From positions 1-64,000 of the IMG/VR virus record IMGVR_UViG_3300047457_000500: a stretch of DNA of 64,000 bases. The stretch is one strand, 5' to 3'. The position numbers and the translations under genes were made by a program. Below the pieces are notes generated by a model, which worked only from the letters and a program-made list of their open reading frames with translations, was not told the origin of the DNA and searched no databases. Source of the DNA: a virus. Positions 19,168 through 29,529 of this stretch are shown here, in pieces; positions within the stretch are counted from its first letter, which is position 1; each line of letters opens with the position of its first letter.

Positions 19168-20394
19168 TTATACTGACTTATCTTCATAGTCCTTATACCT
19201 GTAATATCCCTTATCAAAATCAGCCTGAACTAGGAATTCTCCCATAAAACCATTACGGTTCTTTCTAAATACACACTCAATAATATCGCTATTTGTTCCT
19301 CTACCCAAAGCCAAAACCCAGTCAGCATCATATGCTATCTGCCTTGACCACGCTGTTTGCCCTAGAGTAGGGACAGTATCAAGTTTTGTAACGTCATCTG
19401 GAGTAGCGGAAGAAATTGCAATAATTGGTACTTCTTCTGCAATTGCCATGAGTTTAAGTTCTCGTGAAAGGTTTTTCATTCTTACAGTTTCATTGTCAGA
19501 TTTTTGATTTGGACTCATTAGTTGTAAGTAGTCAACAATAACAAAGTCTGGCTTATACTGATCTATCTTTCCACGAAGAACCATTGGGTTAATGTCACCG
19601 CCAGTATCATTAGATACGATATGAAACTCTGGCTTTCCCTGTACACTTTTTGCATGCCATGATTTAAGCATATCAATTTCAACTTGTCCAGCACTTAACT
19701 TTCTATGTGACCAAAGGCCTTCCCCCATAATTGCAAAAACACGATTACGAACTTCTGTTTCTGACATCTCAAGGCTGATAACCATAGGGCTGCGACCTTG
19801 CTTCCAGGCCTGTACAGCGAAATAGAGAGACAACCATGACTTTCCTATACCTGGATACGCTAGAAAGACCCCCAACTGCCCTGGCATAATTCCAGATGGC
19901 AAGTAATTATCAAAACCTGGAAGTCCAGTTTTTATACCCAATGCTCCAGCATCTTGTTGCTTTTTTAAGTTTTCAAAATATGCCACTGCAGAATCTAAAT
20001 CTGTAACATCAATATCACGAATTGCTGCTGTATTTTTTCTAAGTTCTGCTGTCTTTGTAATTAGCGATTCAAGCGCATCAAGTCCTTGTCCTCCTTGTAC
20101 GTCTGTTGCAGCAGATCTAATGATATCCTTTAAACTATTTGTTAGATACTCTGCCTGTAATTCTTCAAGGTGATGCTTAGTAGTTCCAACACCGCCAATA
20201 GGCTCAAAGTCTCTAAATTTTTCTACAACCAACTCTGTTGGTGGAACTGTGGAATTAGCCTCGTAGTACTTTCTAATAAACTGCCAAACATCTACATGAG
20301 TTGTTAATATATTTTCAACGTTGGCCTGTAATAAAACATGGGCCTGCTTATCTTTTAATACGGCTGAGATTAATTTTGATTCTGTATTATTCAT
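19168..20394 (-). CDS. dnaB: Replicative DnaB-like helicase
   Basis: AYPGIGKS, SLEMS, IVDYLQLM, IAYDAD, KNRNG. Confidence 0.93.
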   Translation of the reverse strand: MNNTESKLISAVLKDKQAHVLLQANVENILTTHVDVWQFIRKYYEANSTVPPTELVVEKFRDFEPIGGVGTTKHHLEELQAEYLTNSLKDIIRSAATDVQGGQGLDALESLITKTAELRKNTAAIRDIDVTDLDSAVAYFENLKKQQDAGALGIKTGLPGFDNYLPSGIMPGQLGVFLAYPGIGKSWLSLYFAVQAWKQGRSPMVISLEMSETEVRNRVFAIMGEGLWSHRKLSAGQVEIDMLKSWHAKSVQGKPEFHIVSNDTGGDINPMVLRGKIDQYKPDFVIVDYLQLMSPNQKSDNETVRMKNLSRELKLMAIAEEVPIIAISSATPDDVTKLDTVPTLGQTAWSRQIAYDADWVLALGRGTNSDIIECVFRKNRNGFMGEFLVQADFDKGYYRYKDYEDKSV

Positions 20395-20594
20395 GATCTA
20401 CCCCATTTAACGGTTAGCCATACTCTTTCATGAATATAATATAAAATAAAGTTAATAACATTTGACACAATAGTAACAGATGTAGCAAACATGGTGTCGC
20501 CTGTCATAAAATAAATAATAGCAAAAGTACTAAATACTGCTATCAATCTCCATGTAATTGATTTTGCTAAAGATCTTTGTTTTGTACTATTCAC
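20391..20594 (-). CDS. DUF2061-like small membrane protein
   Basis: RSLAKSITWR...YYIHERVW..VKWG pattern. Confidence 0.75.
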   Translation of the reverse strand: MNSTKQRSLAKSITWRLIAVFSTFAIIYFMTGDTMFATSVTIVSNVINFILYYIHERVWLTVKWGRS

Positions 20595-20895
20595 TCAACC
20601 ACTCCTTAGCCTTTGCCCTACGCTCTAATCTGTCTTCTAAATCTTTAATCTGTTGATGCTTTGCTTCCAGTATATCATGAGCAATATATGAAAAATGATT
20701 CCATGTAGGATTTTCTGTTACATCAAAATAATATTCTAGCAATTCATAGCAAACCTCAATACCGTAAGATTCTATGAGTGCATCAGCAGACCACTGCTCA
20801 ACCCACTTGTTATATTGTGGCTTCTGTCCTAGTTTAAACTTATAGTGTTTATCAAACCTACTTAACAGAGCCAGTCGCTTCTGTTTGTCTGTCAC
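20587..20895 (-). CDS. Hypothetical protein (replication cluster)
   Basis: 102-aa ORF tightly packed in the operon. Confidence 0.65.
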   Translation of the reverse strand: MTDKQKRLALLSRFDKHYKFKLGQKPQYNKWVEQWSADALIESYGIEVCYELLEYYFDVTENPTWNHFSYIAHDILEAKHQQIKDLEDRLERRAKAKEWLSE

Positions 20896-20896
20896 A

Positions 20897-21103
20897 CTAA
20901 TTGCTTTCTTCTAGTTCAACCTTTGCTTCTGCTATCTTTGCTGCCAGTTTATCTTCAACAAACTTATATACACGCTCAAATGCTTGATCTGTATTTTCTC
21001 CATCACGCTTTGCATCTACTACTCCCAAGTCTAGTCTTAAAGACTGAAAGTTTCCAAGATTCAACGTGTATCCAAGTGTTACTGATACTTTAGTGTCTTC
21101 CAT
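20897..21103 (-). CDS. Conserved small phage protein
   Basis: 68 aa; TLNLGNFQSLRLD motif; RBS-like GAAGGG upstream. Confidence 0.65.
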   Translation of the reverse strand: MEDTKVSVTLGYTLNLGNFQSLRLDLGVVDAKRDGENTDQAFERVYKFVEDKLAAKIAEAKVELEESN

Positions 21104-21117
21104 TTCATACCCTTCGA

Positions 21118-21660
21118 TTATATTGATTCAGACCAAATAGGTATAAACCTACCATCTTCAGTCTTTGTATATGTAAGTATACCATCACCCATTCTGCGAG
21201 TCAACTCAGCCTTTGTAGGTGTAATATCATTTGTTATTAAATTGTCTTTCCTTGGTCTACCAATGTGGTACGTAGCCAGTATATCACGAATCTCCTTTAC
21301 TTGCGATTCAGAGTAATACGATCTAATTTGCCATCCACGAATTCCGCCTTTTTGTGAACCTATTGGTAATGGAATTATTCCACGCTTCATGAGTGTTGGC
21401 ATATATTTCCTGTGCCTATTGACAAGATCTGCAGTTTCTGATATAGTGTATGCCCTTTCTCTTTTACTTTTAAAATCATTTATCAGGCAACTTTCAACCT
21501 TATCTTTTGTTATATTATAAATTGACATTATTCCATTTGATCTGTTGGAATGTATTACTCTAACTAAATCTTTATTTAAAAACCAGATCTTTTTACTTCC
21601 ATTAATTACAGGAGAGAGATTGTATTCTTCGCTCGTTCTAATTCCCTTTTTAATAGCCAT
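21118..21660 (-). CDS. MerR-like HTH DNA-binding protein
   Basis: YTISETADLVNRH...RGIIP...RSYYSESQV. Confidence 0.6.
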   Translation of the reverse strand: MAIKKGIRTSEEYNLSPVINGSKKIWFLNKDLVRVIHSNRSNGIMSIYNITKDKVESCLINDFKSKRERAYTISETADLVNRHRKYMPTLMKRGIIPLPIGSQKGGIRGWQIRSYYSESQVKEIRDILATYHIGRPRKDNLITNDITPTKAELTRRMGDGILTYTKTEDGRFIPIWSESI

Positions 21661-21797
21661 CTACCTTCCTCTGTTTCAGATGGTGGGTGAAAAAATCTTC
21701 TTGATCCACAAGTAAAACAATATATTTCTATATGAGATAAAGAGTTGTAAACTCTGTCTACCATCATATATCTTGAACATTTTTTACATCTAATCAT
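21606..21797 (-). CDS. Small zinc-ribbon protein
   Basis: CKKC...CFTCG. Confidence 0.6.
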   Translation of the reverse strand: MIRCKKCSRYMMVDRVYNSLSHIEIYCFTCGSRRFFHPPSETEEGRWLLKRELERAKNTISLL

Positions 21798-22240
21798 TAA
21801 TTAGGAATGCCGACGATAATTAAATTAACGCCGATAGAGACATCTCCACCTGAATTAAAATTAACAACGCCGTCAACCTTGGATGTTGTAATGCTTTTTA
21901 TAACAACAGAAACATTTTTACCTGCTTCAGTTCCTCCGATATTAATCGGCGTTGCTGTAACTATGGGAGCAAACTTAAAGTCTGCTGCAAAACTATATGA
22001 GAATGGTTGCTGGCTTCCCACGCTTTGGTTAGAACTTTTAACTACATCTGTATATCCAGCAATGATTCTAGTTTCAGATGCCTTGGCATTTTGCGAAACA
22101 CCATTAGGTACATCTACTGTAACATATTTATATATTGCTGGTGAAACCTGAAGTGATAACTCATTAATTGCATTAGCAATTTGATAAATATACGATACAT
22201 CAAGTGGTTGACCTAATTCTGGTAGTGGTATTTTTGCCAT
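21797..22240 (-). CDS. Putative minor tail or virion protein (beta-rich C-domain)
   Basis: End of the tail cluster; F...FKFAPIVTAT...NLIIVG; SD AGGAGGA. Confidence 0.5.
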   Translation of the reverse strand: MAKIPLPELGQPLDVSYIYQIANAINELSLQVSPAIYKYVTVDVPNGVSQNAKASETRIIAGYTDVVKSSNQSVGSQQPFSYSFAADFKFAPIVTATPINIGGTEAGKNVSVVIKSITTSKVDGVVNFNSGGDVSIGVNLIIVGIPN

Positions 22241-22256
22241 TTTTCCTCCTGTCTAA

Positions 22257-22697
22257 TTATATCAGACTGCCCTCGTTTTCAAATAATATAGCATCTGCAA
22301 ATCTTTCTAAAGGAATAGTTTTAGGTTGTACCGCTATATGAACATACTCTTTACCCAATCCATAAACTATAGAATAATTTGTCTGTGATGTTTTAGCATA
22401 ATATTGCCATCCAGAATTATTCCACTTTACATATATAAAATACTCCTCGATGTTTTCTTGTGGCTCCCATGTTATATTTATTATTTTATTTGTAGTATCA
22501 ATAATCATACTATTTAATATTTCATTAGGGGTATCCTCTGCAATTATCTTATAAAGTGGGGACCAGTGTGATGTTCTATTTTTATCTTCAGATATAAATC
22601 TATAACGTAAAACATATTGCTTGTTCTCTCCAAAAAATCCAGGAAGTTTGGATTTTGGTATAATTATTTTTTTTACACCTTGGTCTGGATTAGCCAC
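22257..22697 (-). CDS. Putative tail-tip protein
   Basis: Position; YRFISEDKNRTSHWSP; FN3-like beta pattern. Confidence 0.5.
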   Translation of the reverse strand: MANPDQGVKKIIIPKSKLPGFFGENKQYVLRYRFISEDKNRTSHWSPLYKIIAEDTPNEILNSMIIDTTNKIINITWEPQENIEEYFIYVKWNNSGWQYYAKTSQTNYSIVYGLGKEYVHIAVQPKTIPLERFADAILFENEGSLI

Positions 22698-23806
22698 TAT
22701 TGCACATCCATAGCGAATCTAAACTCTATATAGTTTGTTGTATTGGCTGCCTTAACCACAGTTGCTGCATTTGAATTTTTTAAAACTGTATATCCAGTTA
22801 ATCCATAAATAGGATTTGTTGTGGATATATTTTCAAACCTAATAGCATCTAGTCCTATATAAAAATCTGATGACGGTACATTATTATTGATAACGGTTGT
22901 ATATATTTTTACAATAGTAACATTGTTCCACGTGAATCCTGTGCTCTTATACAACTCTTGTAGTTCTTTTGTTGCTACATAATATCTATTATTTGCAAAG
23001 TCATAATCATTTGCATTCATAATTACTTCAAATCTAGCCCACTGTCCAGTGCCAGATGTGTCTGTTTCTGCAAACTCTAATAAAATTCTTACTTCATCGG
23101 GAACTATGGATGGATCTGGATCTTTGTTGATTACACTAAAGGCCAACTTAATTTGATCTGTTGGAATATTTTTATTAAAATCTAAAGATGTTCCAAGTAA
23201 ATGTATATGGTCTGAATTAGAGCCTATTTCTATATGATTGTCTACTACAGAAAGATTTGCTGAATCTCCCCTCATCATAACAACGTTATTAAAAAACCTA
23301 CATCTTTCGTACCTAGATGCTCTATTTGAGTCAGTAAAAATAACATTATCTGAGTTTGTCTGAAAACCTTTATATGGCTGATCTATCGTGTTATTTTCTC
23401 CTAGTGGTTCATAAATAACATTTAACTTAGTTGATGATGTTTGATCATGGTATTCCCAGTTTTCGTTAACAGTAAATGCAAACAGAGATCTAGAGTCATA
23501 GGCTCCAGCAGATGGGTTTGCTCCAGCAGAGTATACTCCTACTTCAGAAATCTCATACCTTTCATCGGTTGGAAGTTCTGCAGTTAATACAATTTTTTCT
23601 ATACCGCCATCGTTTACATATCCTCTTGAAATAATGGGCACCCTAAACATTTCAAAGTCTAGGCTCTCTTTATTTGAGTAATCTCCAAACTGCTGCGCTG
23701 TACCTAATGGCTTTGCTCCGCATCCTATAGCAATATAGGAAGCATAAGCAGGAGCCTGCCCTATAAGATATTTGGCTAAAATGCCTTTTCCAATGTTAGT
23801 AATCAT
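22697..23806 (-). CDS. Putative tail-tip or baseplate protein
   Basis: MITNIGK...YIAIGCG...ISEVGVY pattern typical of fibre-collar or baseplate N-domains; position. Confidence 0.55.
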   Translation of the reverse strand: MITNIGKGILAKYLIGQAPAYASYIAIGCGAKPLGTAQQFGDYSNKESLDFEMFRVPIISRGYVNDGGIEKIVLTAELPTDERYEISEVGVYSAGANPSAGAYDSRSLFAFTVNENWEYHDQTSSTKLNVIYEPLGENNTIDQPYKGFQTNSDNVIFTDSNRASRYERCRFFNNVVMMRGDSANLSVVDNHIEIGSNSDHIHLLGTSLDFNKNIPTDQIKLAFSVINKDPDPSIVPDEVRILLEFAETDTSGTGQWARFEVIMNANDYDFANNRYYVATKELQELYKSTGFTWNNVTIVKIYTTVINNNVPSSDFYIGLDAIRFENISTTNPIYGLTGYTVLKNSNAATVVKAANTTNYIEFRFAMDVQ

Positions 23807-23808
23807 AT

Positions 23809-24446
23809 TTACACCTCGTATATTGTATCATCTAATACTACCCCATCCGATATAATAGATATCTCAACCTGTTCATCTTTTGCTAAATTAATAACATTAA
23901 TCACTAAATCTCCTGTTACTTCATCAATATACACTATAGAGCAGTCTGGCCCAGTACCACATTCTGGTATTTTGCTAGAAAAATTAATAGGAAATTGCTT
24001 AAAGTAGTTTGAATCTATATCTTGTAATCCTAAAATATTTTGTGGGTTATACTGAAAGTATACGTTACTAAGATTTTTGATTGGCTGATATAAAGTGTTT
24101 TGTCCATTGACTAAATCTGATCTTACAATATTGATTAATTCTTGTCCACCTATATTTTCAAATATAAGGTCTGTCATTATATCTACAGGAAGAGTGTCAT
24201 CTTTAAATAAGATCAAGTCAGTGGTTGCTGGCTTAACATCCCCATCAACGTTGCCATTGGGGTATAAGACTGTTGGATCGTCTGGGATAGCATTTAGCCC
24301 AGAAATATAATTTGCAAAATCTTCAAGTTGAGAGGCATCTGTAAGCCTTTTTGCACTACCATTTTTCCAAGACATCTTTTCTTCATGGGTGGGAGCAATT
24401 GGATAATCATCATAAACAATTTTTCCATTTCCAGTAAAATATACCA
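23809..24446 (-). CDS. Putative tail-tip protein
   Basis: Position; likely start MVYFTG after GAGGTG. Confidence 0.5.
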
Positions 24447-24448
24447 TT

Positions 24449-27400
24449 TTACACCTCACTTAAATATAGGGTCATAGTGGGTCCACCTATATCCTTTTGA
24501 TAGTCTATATTATACACAACAAACTTAGATGTAGATGATGCAACAACGTCTAAGTTATTTTCGTTTTTATATTCTATGTTTACAATATCGCCTAATTGTA
24601 TTATTGGCAAACTAAATACTTTTATTCCTATACTCTTTCTAGGCTTCATAATTTTTTGAATAATCCATGACATTAAATCTTTTGCATCATCTTCAGACTG
24701 AATGTATGGTGGATCTATAGAAAATTCTTTTTTGCCATATGTCAGTCTGCTTGTTTTAATTTTATCATAGTCTTGCTGAGATTTTATTGGAGACACTATC
24801 AATCCATTTTTGCCTATTTCTGGATCAGAAAAATTACTATTTTTAGTAAAATAGTTGTCTACAGTTAATTCATTTTCTGATTGCTGAGTAAATGTTATAC
24901 CCTGTATTCTCAAATAGTTTCCACTAGTTTCATCTAAATTAATTGCCGTGTCTGTAGAGTTAAATATTAAAAACTCTGCTCCATACGAACCTGCTCTAAA
25001 GCCAGAAACTGTGTATCCCTTTATTCTATTAAATGTTGGAGAAAGTTGTGCATACAATGCTGGATATGCTTTGTCATATCTAATTTTTAAATATGCTGCC
25101 TCTCTCATAATACTTCCAAACTCTTCAAAGTAAATATTAAATTTAGGTGGCTGACTTGGACTTATGCCAGAAAGATATGTTGATTGAACTATTCCAGACA
25201 TTGCATATTTTCTAAATGATTCATTAGCGTTAATTTCATTATCACCAAACGCTGCAGAGACTGGAGTATCTAATGCAAATACAGTGTTTTGACTATAGTT
25301 ATTTGTAAGCGCATATATGTTTTCAAACATACACTTTGACCCGCCACGCACAAACAATGCCATATTGTTATATAATGGTGTTGGTGCTTCATCATCTACA
25401 ATACCAACTATTTGATTATTAATATATAAATAAAACTTTCTTACGGACCCCAAGTCCTGATACTCTACTGCTAAATCATATACCGTTGGATTTTCTTCTC
25501 CCATAAGTCTTGACTGTCCAGTAAAGTTGCCATCGTCTACAATTATATTTGTAAATCCACCCCATAGTTTTATCGGTATAGCATTGCCATCTGGATCAGA
25601 TAAAACTTTATAAAAAACTACATTGTGTAAATTTTCAGCAGCACTTGAATATTCACTAACATTCTTTTCGGTTAAAGATATGATTTCAAAATAATAACCA
25701 ACGTTAGTATTTGGATTTAATAAAACAGCAATACCTCCAGAGCCTCCAGAAATGTTAAGGCTTTGGTTTGGCTGTGAACCAGGCAGAACATAATATGGTG
25801 TTGAGTTTAATGGTGTCTGTCCACGTGTCTCGCTTGATTCAATCTTTCCAACTATACGCATTCTTGTGCCGAAATGTTTGTACCTATTGTCTAGAGCCTT
25901 GTACTGATAAGACAAAAAGTCAATAGGCTTTTCTGTATTTGGAAATGATGGTCCAGACATTACTAATGCTGAAGATTGAACTGATCCAGCCTGAGTAGAC
26001 TTTATTGTATTATTTTGTGTTTCTTTTGTAAAAGATGTAGATAAGAAATTTTTAATAATTCCAGTTCTTTTATTTTCTTTTGATCTTATATTATTTACAC
26101 CAGCAGGACCTTCGCTTAAAACTATCTCTTCTCCCAAATCATCAACTAATTCTTCTTTTGATTTTGCAATATATTCTAAACCAAACAAATACTTGCTTTC
26201 CATATCCATGCCACGAACGTACAAATCGTTGCTCCAATAAGGATCTAGTCCAGCCTTATGGGAAAGTATTTGTGTTCCAAATTGACCTCTTCCGTGTCTG
26301 GATACCTCTCCATTTTTCATTACTGTTATTCCATTTACTTCTTCATACTTTGGCTCAGAGTAAATTCTTACAAGTCCAGTCGGATATATCTTTCCATTAA
26401 AAGTTAATTTACCCATATAATTTTGATACTCTTGGTTGCTGCTAATCCAAACATTTCCTATTGCTCCAACGGTTGTGGTTGTAAATGAAACTTTACCATT
26501 GGACTCTTGTATTGCAATATTTTTTTCTGCTCCAGGAATGCTATATTGGACCGCATCAAATCTAATAATTTCTCCATTAGCATAAAAATATCCAGCGTGT
26601 CTTCCTAGCCAATATACTGCTTCTCCTAAATCTATTGTATTGTTTGTTACTTGATTTCCCACAACAATTGGAACATTAGAGGATAGGTCAGAATTTAGAG
26701 GAATAGCAGATAGGCTATAAGCAGACTGACTTTGCGTTTCTCCATTAATGGATCTTAGTGGTGTATCTCCAGTTACTTCCCATAAAAGAACTGGCTTGTA
26801 TATCCAATTTTTTGCTGCTGCCTCATTGTCAACCATGCTTGCCTGCTTGATAGTTCCATATGATCTTTGAATGTATCTGGACTTATAGTTAATCTTTCCA
26901 TCATTAAAAACATTTTTATCACTAGATGCTATATCAATAATGTTTGTTAGTTTAGTATTTTTATTTTTGTTTCTTATTTCATTGTCTTTTACAAAATCAT
27001 TTGATCCGTAGAATGTAAATTGAATATCTCTTTCGGAATTTGATGGTAACATATAATCTTTACTCATCATTACAAAGTTATTGTATTCATCAAAAAACAT
27101 TGCTGTTTGTGTAGAAACTGCTAAGTCATTTAAAACCTCTGCAACAGTTTTCTCTGGACCAATGTAAAAAAATGGAATAATTAGTTCTTTTTCTCCACTA
27201 ACCCTTTTAAAGGTATAGTTGGAAAATCCTATAGAATCTAGCAAGAGGGAAACAGCATAACTTAATGATACGTTAGTTACAAGCATTTGTGGGGCAAGTA
27301 TTGACTCAAAATAAAAATATAAATCTCTTAATTCTAAACTAACCTTTCTATCATTAGGATTATATTTTGGGAAAGCATCACAGTATAAAGTTTTTATTGG

Positions 27401-28855
27401 AACCATGTAATCATAACCGTTGACATCAACAATAATATCGTAAAACTTTATTTGTATATTATTAGATAGATATTTATATATAATACTTCCAGTATTATTT
27501 TCATTAAAGGCATCGTCATAATCAAATATAGAAAGCGTTCCAACAGAAGCCAATAATTGACCTACTGGCATTCCACTATTTCCTAAATCTGAGGCTGATT
27601 TCTTTACAGCAAAACCAGTAACCTTGTCAGATATATCGGCAACCAACCTTGGAGACATTTCGATTAGATCAAAAGTTGAGTTAACCTTATTCATTGTATC
27701 TACTACAATTCTTATTCCTCTTATATTTTCAAATTCTCTATATACTGTTTTATTTTCATTATTAGATGTAAAGGATACTGGATTGGTTAGATCAGTTACA
27801 AAATTAGTTAGTCTAGTAACAGTCTCTTCTTCTAAGTACCATCCATATGACGGGGTAAAGGTTTCCCATTGTCCATCAAACCATATGTGGTATACGCCAA
27901 GGTCTTGTTCGTTGTCTTTTATTAAATAGGCGTAGCCATTTACAGATTCTTTTGGCAAAAATGATTCATCATAATATTCTTCGGCACGAATAAATGCATC
28001 TTTATATTTTTCTGGTACCTTTAATCCATACCCCAATTCTACATATCCATCATTTTTAATGATAGCAGTTCCGTCACTTCTTCTAGAACTAGAGTCAAAC
28101 CTTATAGCATCAACCCATTCATTTTGTTTTAAGTATTGTATCTTCCATTGCACTGGTGTTGTTTTATTATTATCTCCATACAGTGGGTCTGAGAATGAGC
28201 CTGAAGAGCCAGAAAATGGACCAAGGTCTACCGATCCAACGTTGGTTTGCATTTTAACTACTATTCTATTTGTTGGTACTGGATCTGAGTAAACAACAAA
28301 TGGGCATGCATCATCAATAAAATATTGTCCACTTACTTGCTTATTTGCTATTCCAAAAACTGAACCAGATTCTGTTCTATAAGATGTCCAGTATTTAAAA
28401 TTATCATTCTTATCAGCCATGTAGTACCTTGGCCTGTTAGACATGTTTAAATTAGAATGATGTGTTTTTTTGCCTGGTATATATGTTGCTTTATTAATAC
28501 CTGATCTAGGTCTAAACTTTTTAAAACAATCTTCTAATGAATAAATCATTTTATTTTTTGTATTTTGTGCTAATAAAAACCATGGCTGTTCATTATCACT
28601 TGGATCTATACCACCATCTATCTTAATATCGGCATCTGTAGCACCAGTATAAAAATTTCCTATATCATTAACATCAAAAGTATTTGGCATTAATTTATAT
28701 TTTTCAGAATTAGAAAGTGTTGGTCTATATCTATAATTTCCAATTCTAAAAATATTATTAGCAATATTCATATTCCATTCTGCAATTATTGCAGACTGTG
28801 TTTTAACTGTACTTGATGACTCTAAATGAGCCTTTAACTCTTCATTTTGAAACAT
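24449..28855 (-). CDS. Large tail-tip (hub or central fibre-like) protein, 1468 aa
   Basis: Second gene after the tape measure; C-terminal PYIQSEDDA...PIIQLGDIV typical of tip proteins. Confidence 0.65.
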   Translation of the reverse strand: MFQNEELKAHLESSSTVKTQSAIIAEWNMNIANNIFRIGNYRYRPTLSNSEKYKLMPNTFDVNDIGNFYTGATDADIKIDGGIDPSDNEQPWFLLAQNTKNKMIYSLEDCFKKFRPRSGINKATYIPGKKTHHSNLNMSNRPRYYMADKNDNFKYWTSYRTESGSVFGIANKQVSGQYFIDDACPFVVYSDPVPTNRIVVKMQTNVGSVDLGPFSGSSGSFSDPLYGDNNKTTPVQWKIQYLKQNEWVDAIRFDSSSRRSDGTAIIKNDGYVELGYGLKVPEKYKDAFIRAEEYYDESFLPKESVNGYAYLIKDNEQDLGVYHIWFDGQWETFTPSYGWYLEEETVTRLTNFVTDLTNPVSFTSNNENKTVYREFENIRGIRIVVDTMNKVNSTFDLIEMSPRLVADISDKVTGFAVKKSASDLGNSGMPVGQLLASVGTLSIFDYDDAFNENNTGSIIYKYLSNNIQIKFYDIIVDVNGYDYMVPIKTLYCDAFPKYNPNDRKVSLELRDLYFYFESILAPQMLVTNVSLSYAVSLLLDSIGFSNYTFKRVSGEKELIIPFFYIGPEKTVAEVLNDLAVSTQTAMFFDEYNNFVMMSKDYMLPSNSERDIQFTFYGSNDFVKDNEIRNKNKNTKLTNIIDIASSDKNVFNDGKINYKSRYIQRSYGTIKQASMVDNEAAAKNWIYKPVLLWEVTGDTPLRSINGETQSQSAYSLSAIPLNSDLSSNVPIVVGNQVTNNTIDLGEAVYWLGRHAGYFYANGEIIRFDAVQYSIPGAEKNIAIQESNGKVSFTTTTVGAIGNVWISSNQEYQNYMGKLTFNGKIYPTGLVRIYSEPKYEEVNGITVMKNGEVSRHGRGQFGTQILSHKAGLDPYWSNDLYVRGMDMESKYLFGLEYIAKSKEELVDDLGEEIVLSEGPAGVNNIRSKENKRTGIIKNFLSTSFTKETQNNTIKSTQAGSVQSSALVMSGPSFPNTEKPIDFLSYQYKALDNRYKHFGTRMRIVGKIESSETRGQTPLNSTPYYVLPGSQPNQSLNISGGSGGIAVLLNPNTNVGYYFEIISLTEKNVSEYSSAAENLHNVVFYKVLSDPDGNAIPIKLWGGFTNIIVDDGNFTGQSRLMGEENPTVYDLAVEYQDLGSVRKFYLYINNQIVGIVDDEAPTPLYNNMALFVRGGSKCMFENIYALTNNYSQNTVFALDTPVSAAFGDNEINANESFRKYAMSGIVQSTYLSGISPSQPPKFNIYFEEFGSIMREAAYLKIRYDKAYPALYAQLSPTFNRIKGYTVSGFRAGSYGAEFLIFNSTDTAINLDETSGNYLRIQGITFTQQSENELTVDNYFTKNSNFSDPEIGKNGLIVSPIKSQQDYDKIKTSRLTYGKKEFSIDPPYIQSEDDAKDLMSWIIQKIMKPRKSIGIKVFSLPIIQLGDIVNIEYKNENNLDVVASSTSKFVVYNIDYQKDIGGPTMTLYLSEV

Positions 28856-29529
28856 TACACTTCTTCCAATGTAAGATTTATATTCCAGAAATCAAAATTG
28901 CTTCCGCCTCTTTTAACCACAGAATATGTAAAATCTGTAAAATACATTTGAATTAGTTGACTATATTGTGGCAAGTGTGCATAAGAATTATTATCAACCT
29001 GACCTTCTTCATTTTTAAAGTTTTTATAGTTATCATATGAAAGGTAAACCCAAAATGGACCCTGATGATTTTCATACCAGTCTAGTATCTCTACTCCACC
29101 TGCGCCACCATCTGTTGTGAACTCTAAATTATTATCATTAATGTGAGGTGACTTTCCAGTAGTTAAGTTAAATTCTGGCAGTTGAAAATAGGATCTAGAA
29201 GGCAGCATGTCCCAAGATGTGCTTATCTGTAATTTATCTGCAATATGGTATGACCTCATACGGCCATTAATCATTCTTTCTCGCTTTTCAATTCTAGTAG
29301 GCTTGAAATTTATCTCTCCTCTATTGTCATCAGATAAAATTAAAAATTGATCATACAAGTCTGTGTTGGTTTCGCTTCCAACATCCTGTCCTATTTCCAA
29401 ACCATTGGGAACATATATTTTATTTCCTCCAGGAGTCAACTCTACAAGGCTGCCAGAATTTTCTGACCATAGCATTCCCTGTGGTCTTTGGTATCTTCTT
29501 CTACCAGTTATATAACTTGCTGTAGCCAT
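28855..29529 (-). CDS. Distal tail (Dit-like) protein
   Basis: Immediately after the tape measure; C-terminal WNINLTLEEV. Confidence 0.55.
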   Translation of the reverse strand: MATASYITGRRRYQRPQGMLWSENSGSLVELTPGGNKIYVPNGLEIGQDVGSETNTDLYDQFLILSDDNRGEINFKPTRIEKRERMINGRMRSYHIADKLQISTSWDMLPSRSYFQLPEFNLTTGKSPHINDNNLEFTTDGGAGGVEILDWYENHQGPFWVYLSYDNYKNFKNEEGQVDNNSYAHLPQYSQLIQMYFTDFTYSVVKRGGSNFDFWNINLTLEEV

